The notes beneath the pieces were generated by a model that was not told the origin of the DNA, made no database searches, and was given only the letters and a program-made list of their open reading frames with translations. Below, piece by piece: positions 53,595 through 63,308 of a stretch of DNA of 64,000 bases (position 1 is its first letter; every line of letters begins with the position of its first letter). The translations under genes were made by a program, and so were the position numbers. This DNA is from Myxococcales bacterium (GTDB lineage Bacteria; Myxococcota_A; Polyangia; Polyangiales; DASUME01). Location of the stretch: positions 1,056,001 to 1,120,000 of the forward strand of contig JASGJH010000001.1 of NCBI GenBank assembly GCA_047601445.1, written 5' to 3'.

Positions 53595-54629
53595 TCAAAA
53601 GCGGCCGCGCACCGAGACCTGCAGCTGCCCCGGCCCCGCGTTGGCTCCGTAGTCGAGCGCCTTACGCAGGCTCTCGCGACGCGTGAGCAATGCCCGGCGT
53701 TGGTTCTTCACCGCGCGGTTGATCTCGCGGTTGCGCGACAGGCGCATGCCGCCGGCGACGCCGACGATGAGGCCCGCTGCAGCGAGGCCCGTGAAAGCGT
53801 AGCTGGTGCGTCGCAAGGTCGTTTCGTCTGAGCGGTCCGCAGACCCGTCCCCGTTGACGTCGTAGTTGCGGTCGGGCTCGCGCTGGTGCTGCAGGCCCTC
53901 GGCCGCCCCGAAGCAACTCAGCGCGACCGTGGAGAAGGCCAGCGCGCTTCCGTAGCCGATCACCATCTGCACGATGGGCCCTGCGATGTGAGCACGGCCG
54001 TAGCGCAGGGCAATCAGCTCGCGCTCCACGTTTCCGAGCGCGACCGTCAGCGCGGCGCGCCGCTCGGCTTCCTGCCGCGCCGCCTCTGAGCCGAGTGGGA
54101 CCAGCACGTAGCCGGGAGGCGCCGTGGGGGGCTGTTGGGGGACCAACATCAAAGGAGGGGGCGCTGGGAGCGGACCGGAACTCGGCGTCGGGGTGACCAC
54201 GGACGCGCTCCCCGGGGCAGGCGCGACGAAGACCCCGGGGTAGGCGGGCTGCGTGTACGGAGCCGGCGCGGTGGCTGGCGCCGGCGACACGACAGGGGGC
54301 TGCACGTAGTAGTAGCCGGGAGGTGGGGACGCGACCGGGGCCGGCGGCGCGTAGGGCTGCGCGCCCGCGGCGACGTCGGGGTAGGGAGCCGCCTGCGCGG
54401 GTGGAACGGCCTCGGGTTGGGGCAGGCCCTCCGGAGCGACCGGAATCTCCGCGGTGGCAGGGATGGTGTGTTCGGTGACGTACTTGCGCTGCCGCTTGAA
54501 GGCCTTCTGCTGTGCGTGTGCAGTGGGCCCGCTTGCGACCACCACGAGCAGACCTCCGACCAACGCCCAAGCGTGTCCGCGTCGCCATTCCCAAGACGGT
54601 AACAATCCACGTCGCGCAGTACTGAGCAT
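53595..54629 (-). CDS. Hypothetical exported Pro/Tyr-rich protein with two C-terminal hydrophobic helices
   Basis: Signal-like N-terminus, PPPGYYY-type tract, DVNGDGSADRSD loop between the helices, ends VSVRGRF. Confidence 0.65.
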   Translation of the reverse strand: MLSTARRGLLPSWEWRRGHAWALVGGLLVVVASGPTAHAQQKAFKRQRKYVTEHTIPATAEIPVAPEGLPQPEAVPPAQAAPYPDVAAGAQPYAPPAPVASPPPGYYYVQPPVVSPAPATAPAPYTQPAYPGVFVAPAPGSASVVTPTPSSGPLPAPPPLMLVPQQPPTAPPGYVLVPLGSEAARQEAERRAALTVALGNVERELIALRYGRAHIAGPIVQMVIGYGSALAFSTVALSCFGAAEGLQHQREPDRNYDVNGDGSADRSDETTLRRTSYAFTGLAAAGLIVGVAGGMRLSRNREINRAVKNQRRALLTRRESLRKALDYGANAGPGQLQVSVRGRF

Positions 54630-54855
54630 GGCCGATCAGTCTCCCTCGGTTGTTCGTGCCCACACGGACATCGAACGTTCAACACTTCGCCGATTCGATT
54701 CTGTGCCGCGATTCCCTTAGGTGCCTGCGATCGACCAATCACCCTGAAATCGCGCTCCCACCGCCGACCTTCCCGGAATAGCTTTGCCCGCGCAACGAGT
54801 TGCATGCGACTTGCGACGCCAACACGGTGCGCGCTCCTCCCGAAAGCATCCACCC

Positions 54856-55818
54856 ATGCTCGCTTGGCTCGATCCGACGCCTTTGCTGTTGCCCTTGACC
54901 CGCGCGAAGTCTTTCCAAGATCCCGTGTTGTTGGGCAGTCCGCGCCTAAATCGCTGGGGACTCCATCGCCTGCGGGTTCGGCTCGCCTACGCCGTCAACC
55001 GCAGGCGCCGCAAGCGGCTGGCACACCGCCTGGATCCGCGCGACCGAGAAGCTTTCGATCGCGATGGCTTCGTGATGCTTCCGAACTTCCTGCCCCAGGC
55101 TGCGTTCGATGCTCTGGTCGCGCAGGTGAGGGCGTTGCGGGTGGACGTCAAGGAGCGCGCGGAAGGCAGCACCCTCTTGCGCAAGGTTCCTGTCGGTCGC
55201 ACCGTGCTGTCGTCAGCTCCGGCCCTGAGGCGCTTGTTCGAAGACCACCGCTTCACGGCATTGATGTCGTACGGTGAGGGCACGGCGAGCGCTCCTGCTT
55301 ACTACCTGCAGACCGTGAAACAAGGGCATCTGCAAGGTCGCGCGGATCCTCAATGCGCCCTCCACCGCGACACCTTTCATCCCACCGTGAAGGCCTGGCT
55401 GTACCTGACCGACGTCCCGGCGGAGGCAGGTCCGCTGGTCTACGTACCGGGCTCCCATCATCTCAACGAAGCGCGTCTGGCCTGGGAGAAGCAGCAGAGC
55501 CTGTCTTCCATCGCCGGCAACAAGGCTGGGGCATTTCGCATCGGAGCGCACGAGTTGCCGGGGCTTCACTACGGACAGCCGCGCACGTTGGCTGTGAGCG
55601 CCAACACGCTGGTGGTGGCCGACACCTTCGGCTTCCACGCACGCGGGACGAGCAGCGGTCCTTCGACACGCATGGAGGTCTGGGCCATCGGTCGAAGAGC
55701 GCCCTTCTTGAACGCTTGGGTCGAGGCCGCACTATCCAAACTGCTCCGCCGTGGCAAAGCTACACTCTGGCGAGTGCGCGCTGCCGGCGACGCGCAAGAC
55801 GAGGCCAGCGCGATGTGA
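54856..55818 (+). CDS. Phytanoyl-CoA dioxygenase (PhyH) family 2OG-Fe(II) oxygenase
   Basis: FDRDGFV, LHRDTFH (HxD), GPLVYVPGSH, DTFGFHARG, distal Arg. Confidence 0.88.
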   Translation: MLAWLDPTPLLLPLTRAKSFQDPVLLGSPRLNRWGLHRLRVRLAYAVNRRRRKRLAHRLDPRDREAFDRDGFVMLPNFLPQAAFDALVAQVRALRVDVKERAEGSTLLRKVPVGRTVLSSAPALRRLFEDHRFTALMSYGEGTASAPAYYLQTVKQGHLQGRADPQCALHRDTFHPTVKAWLYLTDVPAEAGPLVYVPGSHHLNEARLAWEKQQSLSSIAGNKAGAFRIGAHELPGLHYGQPRTLAVSANTLVVADTFGFHARGTSSGPSTRMEVWAIGRRAPFLNAWVEAALSKLLRRGKATLWRVRAAGDAQDEASAM

Positions 55819-55961
55819 CCGCGACTGCGCGAGGCACCCACTGGAGCATTCGTGGACGGTCCGAGCGGGGAGAAATTCCACACGCTTTGAGAACTTCCTC
55901 CCAACGACGTCAGCCCCTCCCATTGGGATGCTTTAAGGCGCAATATCGTCCGGAGTTGTCT

Positions 55962-56324
55962 GTGATCCCTTCGAGCGTGCCTCCTGCATCCGGTTCCCGC
56001 TTCGCCCACGACGGCCTGGCCTTTGCGCGCACGCCGGGGAGCCAACTCGCGCTCGCACGCTTCAGTCGGGCGCGCTCCTTCGTCCTGGTGTGCCTCCTGT
56101 TCGGCGCGTTGGCGGCCACGCAGGTCAGCATCCCTCAGGGCGAACACCCACTGCTGGTCGCCTTCGGCCTGTGTTGTCTGGCGCTGCTCACCGAGCAGCT
56201 TGCCCGCGCCTGTCTGATCCGAGAGCTCGCGCTGGAGGCTCGCAATAGCGGCTTGAGCGCCTCCACGGCCAGGCACCACGCCTCGGCATTCCTGAGCCGC
56301 ATCTTGCGGGACTACATGCCGTAA
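55962..56324 (+). CDS. Small hypothetical membrane protein
   Basis: GTG after GGAG; two hydrophobic helices; this is the C-terminal part of ORF 55353-56324. Confidence 0.5.
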   Translation: MIPSSVPPASGSRFAHDGLAFARTPGSQLALARFSRARSFVLVCLLFGALAATQVSIPQGEHPLLVAFGLCCLALLTEQLARACLIRELALEARNSGLSASTARHHASAFLSRILRDYMP

Positions 56325-56413
56325 AGGGCGCGGCCCGCCTCAGAGAGCGCGGGCCGAAGAGGTTTCTGAAACGCGGGCGCGGGGGGCTCGAACGAACCGC
56401 GAGTCCGCTGCGC

Positions 56414-57880
56414 TCAGAGCTTCCAGCCGCCGCCCAGGGACTGGTAGATGCTCACGATCGCCTGCAGCTGACGGTTCTTGGTCTCGATCAGCTCCATCTG
56501 AGCTTCCAGCGAGTCACGCCGCGTCAGCAAGACTTCCATGTAGTCTGCGCGCGCGGACTGGAACAGGATGGTCGAGATCTCGATGGACTGCACGAGCTTG
56601 TCGACCTGTTGGGACTGCAAGTCGTAACCCTTCTTCAGGTTGTCGGCCCGGGCCAGCGTGTTGACGACCTCGGTGAAGGCCTTCAACACCGTCTGTTCAT
56701 AGTGGAAGACGGCCTGCAGCTGCTGCGCATTGGCCGCGTAGTACTGCGCCTTGATGCCGCGTCGATTCAGCAACGGCGCCACCAGGTTGCCCGCGATGTT
56801 GTAGGCGATCGACGCCGGGGTCGCGACCAGGTGCTTGATGTTGAAGGACTCGTAGCCCACGCCCGCATCGAGCTTCAGCGAGGGATAGAACGACGCCTTG
56901 GCCGACTTCACGTCGAGCTTGGACGCCTCGAGCTCCAGCTCCGCCGCGCGCACGTCCGGACGGTTGTCCAGGAGCTCCGACGGGATACCGGCCCCCACCA
57001 CCTCGGGCAGCGGCTGGTTGAACTTCTCGGAGTTGCGCTTCACGGGCTGCGGCGGGCGAGCCAGCAGGAAGTTGATGCGGTTTTCCGCCTCGATGCGCTC
57101 CTGCTCGAGCTTGTATTGGCGGCTCTGGTTCTTGAGCACTTCGGCCTCGAAGCGCTGCACGGCCAGCTCGGTCGCGCGCGCGGCCTCCTTTTGGAACTTC
57201 ACCATCTCGAGGGCGTGTTGCTGGATCTCGATGTTGCTCTTCAACACGTCCAGCTGGTTATCGAGCGCCATCAACTCGTAGTAGGAGGCAGCCACCTCAG
57301 CCACGAGCTGGGTGATCATGAAGTTTCTGCCCTCGACGGTGGCGAGGTAGCGGAGGTTGGCCGCCTTTGCCGCGTTGCGCAGCTTCTTCCAGATGTCGAC
57401 TTCCCAGGAGGCGCGGAAGCCGAATCCGTAGCCTTGCAAGTGCTGGGGCACGCCGTTCTTCGAATCGAGCACGCCGAAACGCGTGTGCTCGCCGACCCGC
57501 TCGATGCCGGCACCCACCTGAGCATCCACGTGGGGGAGGTATTCGCCCGTGCGACCGAGCACCTCGGCCTTGGCGATCATGATCTCCTGGAGCCGTATGT
57601 TGAGCTCCTGGTTGTTCTTGAGGGCTGCGGCGATCAGGGATTGCAGGTCGGGATCATCGAAGAACTCGTTCCAGGTCTTCTGCGCCGCGTTCGGGGCACC
57701 CGAGGCTGCGGCCGAGCTCACTTGAGCACCCGCGAAGGTGTTGGGTACGGCCTTGCTCGCGTCGCGCGGCGGGTTGCTCTCGAGGGACGGTGCGCAGCTC
57801 GTCGTCAGCATCGAGATACAGAGGAGTGCGCAGGCGCTAGTGCGGCCTGTCCTATTCAGCATGGTGCATTGCCTCTTCAT
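56414..57880 (-). CDS. Efflux outer-membrane lipoprotein (OprM/NodT, TolC family)
   Basis: Lipobox TTSC, WNEFFDD, SWEVDIW, PSELLDNRPDVRAAE, YQSLGGGW. Confidence 0.93.
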   Translation of the reverse strand: MKRQCTMLNRTGRTSACALLCISMLTTSCAPSLESNPPRDASKAVPNTFAGAQVSSAAASGAPNAAQKTWNEFFDDPDLQSLIAAALKNNQELNIRLQEIMIAKAEVLGRTGEYLPHVDAQVGAGIERVGEHTRFGVLDSKNGVPQHLQGYGFGFRASWEVDIWKKLRNAAKAANLRYLATVEGRNFMITQLVAEVAASYYELMALDNQLDVLKSNIEIQQHALEMVKFQKEAARATELAVQRFEAEVLKNQSRQYKLEQERIEAENRINFLLARPPQPVKRNSEKFNQPLPEVVGAGIPSELLDNRPDVRAAELELEASKLDVKSAKASFYPSLKLDAGVGYESFNIKHLVATPASIAYNIAGNLVAPLLNRRGIKAQYYAANAQQLQAVFHYEQTVLKAFTEVVNTLARADNLKKGYDLQSQQVDKLVQSIEISTILFQSARADYMEVLLTRRDSLEAQMELIETKNRQLQAIVSIYQSLGGGWKL

Positions 57881-57926
57881 GGTGCGTCACTTCGCGAGTC
57901 TAAGAGCTGGCGCCCCGACCGAGTTT

Positions 57927-60900
57927 CTAGGCGTGGCCGTGTTCTGCGTCCGAATCCGGTGGAATCGGCTTGTGTTCGAGGAGCTCGGAGAGGGGCTCGT
58001 CGGCTTCGTCCCTGATCAGCGCGCGCCCGTCAGCCAGCTTCGCGACCAGGTAGTACAGGCCGGGAATCACGAAGACACCGACGAGTGTGCCCATCAACAT
58101 GCCGCCGACGCCGGTGGAGCCGATGGTCCGATTTCCAATCGCGCCTGCGCCGGTGGCGCGGACCAGGGGGACGAGACCCACGATGAAGGCAAATGACGTC
58201 ATCATGATCGGCCGGAATCGCAAGCGGGCGCCTTCGATACCCGCATCGACGATGCTCAAGCCTTCTCGGCGGCGCTGCACCGCGAACTCGATGATCAAGA
58301 TCGCGTTCTTGCCCAAGAGACCGACCAGCATGACGAGACCTATCTGGGCGTAGACGTCATTGGCCAACCCCAGCGCTCTGAGGAGTGCGAACGAACCGAA
58401 GACGCCGATAGGCAGCGAGATGATGACGCCGAGCGGGATGATGAAGCTCTCGTACTGCCCGACCAGCACCAGGTACACGAACAAGACGACGATCAAGAAG
58501 ATGTACAGTGCCTCGTTGCCGGCCTTCGCCTCGTCATAGGCCAAACCTGCCCAGTCGATGTCGAACCCGCGAGGCAGCGTCTGTTTCGCGACCTCTTTGA
58601 TCGCCTCGATGGCCTGACCACTGCTGTAGCCCTTGGCTGGAGACGCCTGGATGGGAGCGGTGGGGTACAGGTTGTAGCGGTTGATTTCGTTCAACCCCTG
58701 ATCCTTGCGGAGGTGCATGAACGCCGAGTAGGGCACCATCTCGCCCTTGTCGTTCTTGAGGAACATGTTGTCGAAGTCCTTGGGAAAGCGCCGGAACTCG
58801 GGCTTGGCCTGGACGTAGACCTTGTAGAACTGGCCGAAGCGGACGAAGCCCTGCTCCCAGGTGCTGCCCACGACGATGGAGAGGTTGTCCATGGCGTCGC
58901 GGATCGACACGCCCTTCTGCATGGCCGCCTGGTTGTCGATGACGACCTCGTACTGAGGATAGTTGGCGGCGAAGAACGTGAAGAGACCGGCGAGCTCCTT
59001 GCGCTTGCGCAAGGCGGCCATGAACTTGTCCGTCACTTCGCCGAGCTGCTTGTAGTCGCCACTGTTCGTCTTATCGAGCAGGTTGAGCGACACGCCGCCC
59101 GCCATACCGAAGCCGGGCACCGCGGGCGGCTCGAAGAACTCGAGCTTCACGTCGGCGATCTTGTGGGCTCTTTCCTCGAGCTCCTCGATGATCTCCTTGG
59201 AGGTTCGCGTGCGCTCGTTCCATGGCTTCAAGTTGATGAGAACCGTACCCGCGTTGGAGCCACGGCCTTCGGTCAACACCTCGTAGCCAGCCACCGAGGC
59301 CACCGCGGCAACTTCTTCGAGCTCCTTGCAGATGACCTGTAGCTCGTGGCTCTTGGCGTTCGTGTACTCGAGGGTCGAGCCAGGGGGAGTCTGGATAATT
59401 CCATAGATCATGCCCTGGTCTTCCATCGGGATGAAGCCGCTCGGGAGGACCTTGCTCACCGCCACGATGCCGAAGCAGAAGCCGCCGATCATGAGCATGG
59501 TGAGCAGGCGACGGGAGATGATGCGGCTCACGATGGCGGCGTATACCCCTGTCACCTTCTCGACGGCACGGTCGAACGCCTTCACGAACACGCCGATGGG
59601 TCCGCGCTTCTTCTCGGTTCCGTCGGTCCCGGAGAAGGCGGCTCGGAACGAGGCGAAGGCGAGGCCCGCGACGAGGGCCGCGATGACGTAGATCTTCGTC
59701 GGCGTAAGCTCGAGCTGCTCGCTCAATAGCTCGTGGACGATTTCGTTGTGGAGCACGAAGTAGGTCGCGACGCCGACCAGCAGGCCGAGCACCGCGGTGA
59801 CCGCGGTGCGTAGGGCAGGCGCCCTGTCGCCCGACTGACTGATGCGACGGTTGAGGACGCCGACCAGGCCGCCTTGCGGTTTGACCTGGCCATGGGGCTT
59901 CAGAATCATCGCGCAGAGAACCGGCGTGAGGGTCAGCGCGACGACGCCGGAGAGCACGATGGACGAGGCCATCGTCAGGCCGAACTGGCGGTAGAACACG
60001 CCCACCGGCCCCGGCACGAACGTCACAGGGATGAACACGGCCGTCATCACCAGCGTGATCGCGATGATGGCGCCGCTGATCTCGTGGACGACCTCCAGCG
60101 TCGCTCTGTATGGCGAAAGGTGTTTTGTGTGCATCTTCTCGTGCACGGCCTCGACCACCACGATGGCGTCGTCGACGACGACGCCGATGGCGAGCACCAA
60201 CGCGAAGAGCGTGATCAAGTTAATCGATAGGCCTAGCGACTTCATGAAGAAGAAGCTGCCTATGAGCGAGACGGGAACCGCCAGCGTCGGGATCAACGTG
60301 CTGCGGAAGTCCCCCAGGAAGAGGAAGACCACCAACGACACCAGCACGAACGCTTCGAACAGTGTGTGGAGCACCTTCTCGATGGAGGCGTCGAGGAAGG
60401 CCGAGACGTCGTAGGTGATCTTGTAGTCCATCCCCGGGGGGAAGCGTTCCTTCTTGATCTCCTCGAGCTTCGCCTTGACCTCCGCGATGACGTCTGCGGC
60501 GTTGGATCCCGGTGTCTGCTTGAGCACGATGGCCGCTGAGGCCTGGCCGTCGAGGTCCGAGTAGAGATCGTAGAAGGAGGAACCGAGGCGAACCTTGGCG
60601 ACGTCGCGTAGGCGCAGGACCTCGCCGTCGGGGTTCGCTCTGAGGATGATGCCCTCGTACTGCTCCGGGGTCGTATAGCGACCGATCCAGGTCAACACGT
60701 ACTCGCGCGTCTGCGAGGTAGTGCCCGTGGCTTGGCCGAGGCGGCCGGGCGAGCCGATCATGCTCTGATCGTTGAGCGCCTTCATGACCTCTTCGGCAGA
60801 GATCCGGTAGGCGCGCATGCGGTCCATATCCAGCTCGACGCGCATCGCATATGCGCGGTTGCCGAGGATGTTGGCCTGACCGACGCCGCGGATGCGCTGG

Positions 60901-61397
60901 ATTTCGCGCTGAAGGTTGACGCTGACGAAGTTGTACAGGAAGTTCTGGTCGAGGTTCGGATCCGTCGCGAAGACGTTCACGTACATCAACATGCTGGTCA
61001 TGTTCTGGATGACGATGACGCCTTCGCGCTGCACGATGTCGGGCACGCGGTTTTTGACCGCGAGCACGCGGTTGTTTACCTGCATCACGTTCGCGTTGGG
61101 GTCGGTGCCCGGCTCGAACACGATGGTGATCGCACCTTCGCCCGCGCTGGTCGCGCTACTGATCATGTAGCGCATGCCCGGCACGCCGTTGATGGCCTGC
61201 TCCAGGATGACCATCGTCGAGTCGACGAGGATCTTGGCGCTGGCGCCCGGATAGGACACCTGGACCAACACGGTCGGCGGCGCCACCTCCGGGAACTGGG
61301 AGATGGGCAGCATTTTGATAGATAGCCCACCCATCAAGAGAATGAGCAAAGAGATGACGATCGCCAGCGCAGGGCGGCGTAGGAAGCTTGCGAACAT
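57927..61397 (-). CDS. RND efflux permease, HAE1 family
   Basis: QFPEVAPP, YPGASA, VVVDDAIVVVE, GKNAILIIEF, RFRPIMMTS; ~100-aa extra insertion after TM6. Confidence 0.95.
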   Translation of the reverse strand: MFASFLRRPALAIVISLLILLMGGLSIKMLPISQFPEVAPPTVLVQVSYPGASAKILVDSTMVILEQAINGVPGMRYMISSATSAGEGAITIVFEPGTDPNANVMQVNNRVLAVKNRVPDIVQREGVIVIQNMTSMLMYVNVFATDPNLDQNFLYNFVSVNLQREIQRIRGVGQANILGNRAYAMRVELDMDRMRAYRISAEEVMKALNDQSMIGSPGRLGQATGTTSQTREYVLTWIGRYTTPEQYEGIILRANPDGEVLRLRDVAKVRLGSSFYDLYSDLDGQASAAIVLKQTPGSNAADVIAEVKAKLEEIKKERFPPGMDYKITYDVSAFLDASIEKVLHTLFEAFVLVSLVVFLFLGDFRSTLIPTLAVPVSLIGSFFFMKSLGLSINLITLFALVLAIGVVVDDAIVVVEAVHEKMHTKHLSPYRATLEVVHEISGAIIAITLVMTAVFIPVTFVPGPVGVFYRQFGLTMASSIVLSGVVALTLTPVLCAMILKPHGQVKPQGGLVGVLNRRISQSGDRAPALRTAVTAVLGLLVGVATYFVLHNEIVHELLSEQLELTPTKIYVIAALVAGLAFASFRAAFSGTDGTEKKRGPIGVFVKAFDRAVEKVTGVYAAIVSRIISRRLLTMLMIGGFCFGIVAVSKVLPSGFIPMEDQGMIYGIIQTPPGSTLEYTNAKSHELQVICKELEEVAAVASVAGYEVLTEGRGSNAGTVLINLKPWNERTRTSKEIIEELEERAHKIADVKLEFFEPPAVPGFGMAGGVSLNLLDKTNSGDYKQLGEVTDKFMAALRKRKELAGLFTFFAANYPQYEVVIDNQAAMQKGVSIRDAMDNLSIVVGSTWEQGFVRFGQFYKVYVQAKPEFRRFPKDFDNMFLKNDKGEMVPYSAFMHLRKDQGLNEINRYNLYPTAPIQASPAKGYSSGQAIEAIKEVAKQTLPRGFDIDWAGLAYDEAKAGNEALYIFLIVVLFVYLVLVGQYESFIIPLGVIISLPIGVFGSFALLRALGLANDVYAQIGLVMLVGLLGKNAILIIEFAVQRRREGLSIVDAGIEGARLRFRPIMMTSFAFIVGLVPLVRATGAGAIGNRTIGSTGVGGMLMGTLVGVFVIPGLYYLVAKLADGRALIRDEADEPLSELLEHKPIPPDSDAEHGHA

Positions 61398-61408
61398 GGG
61401 AGGGATTC

Positions 61409-62644
61409 CTATTCGGCGTGGAACTTCAGATGGCTGAGAATCTCGCTGGGGGACTGGACCTCATAGGCCACGTGGTCGCCGTCCTTCGCTTCTCGCACGC
61501 CTTCGAAGATGATCTTGTCGTTCGCCTCGAGGCCCTTCTTGATCACGTAGATGTCTTCCATTTCTTCCTGGACGACGATCTCACGCTGGCGCACGACGCC
61601 ATGACCCTGCGCACCTTCGGGGGCGGCAGCATGCTTCGCCCCGTGATCCGCCGAAGCTTCGTGGCCCTCGCCCTTGGGGGCGGGGGTCTCGTGCCCGGTG
61701 TTCGGCTTGCCGTCGGAGGCGGCGCCCTGCTCGATCACGTACACGTACTGCTTGGCGAGGATCTCGTAGGTCGCACGCTGGGGAATGACGATGGCGTTCT
61801 TCACCTTGCGATGCAGCAAGATGGTACCGGTCTGACCGTGACGCAGCAGGCCTTCCGGGTTCGGGAAGTCCGCGCGGAAGGCGATGTTGCCGGTCTCGTT
61901 GTTGAAGTCGGCTTCGATCGCGCCGATCTTGCCCGGGTAGGGGAAGATCTGGCCGTTGGCTAGCTGGAGCTCGACCTCCAGGCTGTCGTCGCCCTTGTTC
62001 AGCTGGGACTTGTACTCGAGGTACTGGGCCTCGGGGACGTTGAAGTAGACCCACATCAGCTGGTTGTCAGAGAGGGTGGAGAGGATGTCTCCCTCTTCGA
62101 CCAAGCTGCCCTTCTGTTCGTGCTGGCGGTCGACCATGCCGTCGAAGGGCGCCTTGATCGCGGTGAAGTTCAGCTCGGCCTGGGCGCGCTTGACCTTGGC
62201 GTGGGCCCGCGCGAGCTCGGCGTTGGCCATCGCCAACTCCTGCTTCGACACGATGGCTTGGTTGGTCAGGTTCTGCGTGTTGTTGAACCGGATCTGCGCG
62301 AGTTCCGCCTCGGCCATCTCCGTGTCGAGGGTGGCTTGGTAGAGAACGGGGACGATCTTGAACATCACCTCGTTCTTCTTGACCGACTGCCCTTCCTTCA
62401 CGTTGATCTCTTCGAGATAGCCGCGCTCGAGGGCGCGGATCTCGATGTGGGCGCGCGAGTGGATCTGGCAGACGAACTGCTGGGTGGTGACGACGTCCTT
62501 CACGATGGGCGTGGTGACCACGATGCGGCGCTGCTGCTCCTCGTGCTTCTCCTCGGCCTCGGTCTTGCTGCAGCCGTGGAGCAGCGGGGCCGCGCACAAC
62601 GCAGCCATCAACGGAAGGGTCTTCAAGGTTTGCAAGCGCTTCAT
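61409..62644 (-). CDS. RND efflux periplasmic adaptor (MFP) lipoprotein
   Basis: Lipobox LHGC, KEGQSVKK, IKAPFDG, FRADFPNP, IPQRA. Confidence 0.93.
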   Translation of the reverse strand: MKRLQTLKTLPLMAALCAAPLLHGCSKTEAEEKHEEQQRRIVVTTPIVKDVVTTQQFVCQIHSRAHIEIRALERGYLEEINVKEGQSVKKNEVMFKIVPVLYQATLDTEMAEAELAQIRFNNTQNLTNQAIVSKQELAMANAELARAHAKVKRAQAELNFTAIKAPFDGMVDRQHEQKGSLVEEGDILSTLSDNQLMWVYFNVPEAQYLEYKSQLNKGDDSLEVELQLANGQIFPYPGKIGAIEADFNNETGNIAFRADFPNPEGLLRHGQTGTILLHRKVKNAIVIPQRATYEILAKQYVYVIEQGAASDGKPNTGHETPAPKGEGHEASADHGAKHAAAPEGAQGHGVVRQREIVVQEEMEDIYVIKKGLEANDKIIFEGVREAKDGDHVAYEVQSPSEILSHLKFHAE

Positions 62645-62903
62645 CGGTCGTTCCCGTTCTCGCGCGCGGGTTCTCCGCGCAAAAACTGTTGCTTCATCGG
62701 GTTACTTGAAAGGGCGCCCGAGCTCGGAGGAACTGCGGAGCTGACCTGAGAGGAACCGGGCACGCGTGGGCCGTGCGCGGGAAAGAACTCGGTTGCTGCC
62801 TGTCCACGCTGCATGTGCCCGGGAACCAAGCGAGCCGTGCCACGGCTCTCTCCCATGAAGTGGGCAGATGCGCCAAGGCGCTCAGCGCAACTTGGCACGC
62901 GCG

Positions 62904-63308
62904 TCAGCACGCGGGCTGCGGTGGGCCGGTGGCCCATATCGATGCAACGAGGCACAGCGCCCTCAGGGTTCGTGGTTCGGCAACGGATGGCTCGTGCTCG
63001 AGCGAGAAGCGCTCGGGGGCGGCCGCAACAACCAACTGGTGGGCGGGGGATGACGCGGCCACACCTTCGGCGCGCTCGGTCTGGGAGGGCCACAAGGCCT
63101 TGAGCTCGCAACCAGAGGGCGCGGCGTGGTGCTGCTCTTGGAACCGCAAGCGACCGGGCGTGGAACGAAACAGGAGGCGCGCGCCCGCATCCGCAAGGCT
63201 CGTGGCGTCCGCGCGGTGCGAAGGCACGGCGCTGCCGAACTGGGCGATGCCCAGCCACACGACGAGTGCGAGCTGCGAAAACAAAACTGAGAACCGCGCC
63301 GGGTTCAC
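62904..63308 (-). CDS. Small hypothetical protein, N-terminal TM/signal and C-terminal ATGPP
   Basis: AGGAGG upstream of a GTG start; hydrophobic N-terminus; co-oriented with and upstream of the efflux operon. Confidence 0.55.
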   Translation of the reverse strand: MNPARFSVLFSQLALVVWLGIAQFGSAVPSHRADATSLADAGARLLFRSTPGRLRFQEQHHAAPSGCELKALWPSQTERAEGVAASSPAHQLVVAAAPERFSLEHEPSVAEPRTLRALCLVASIWATGPPQPAC

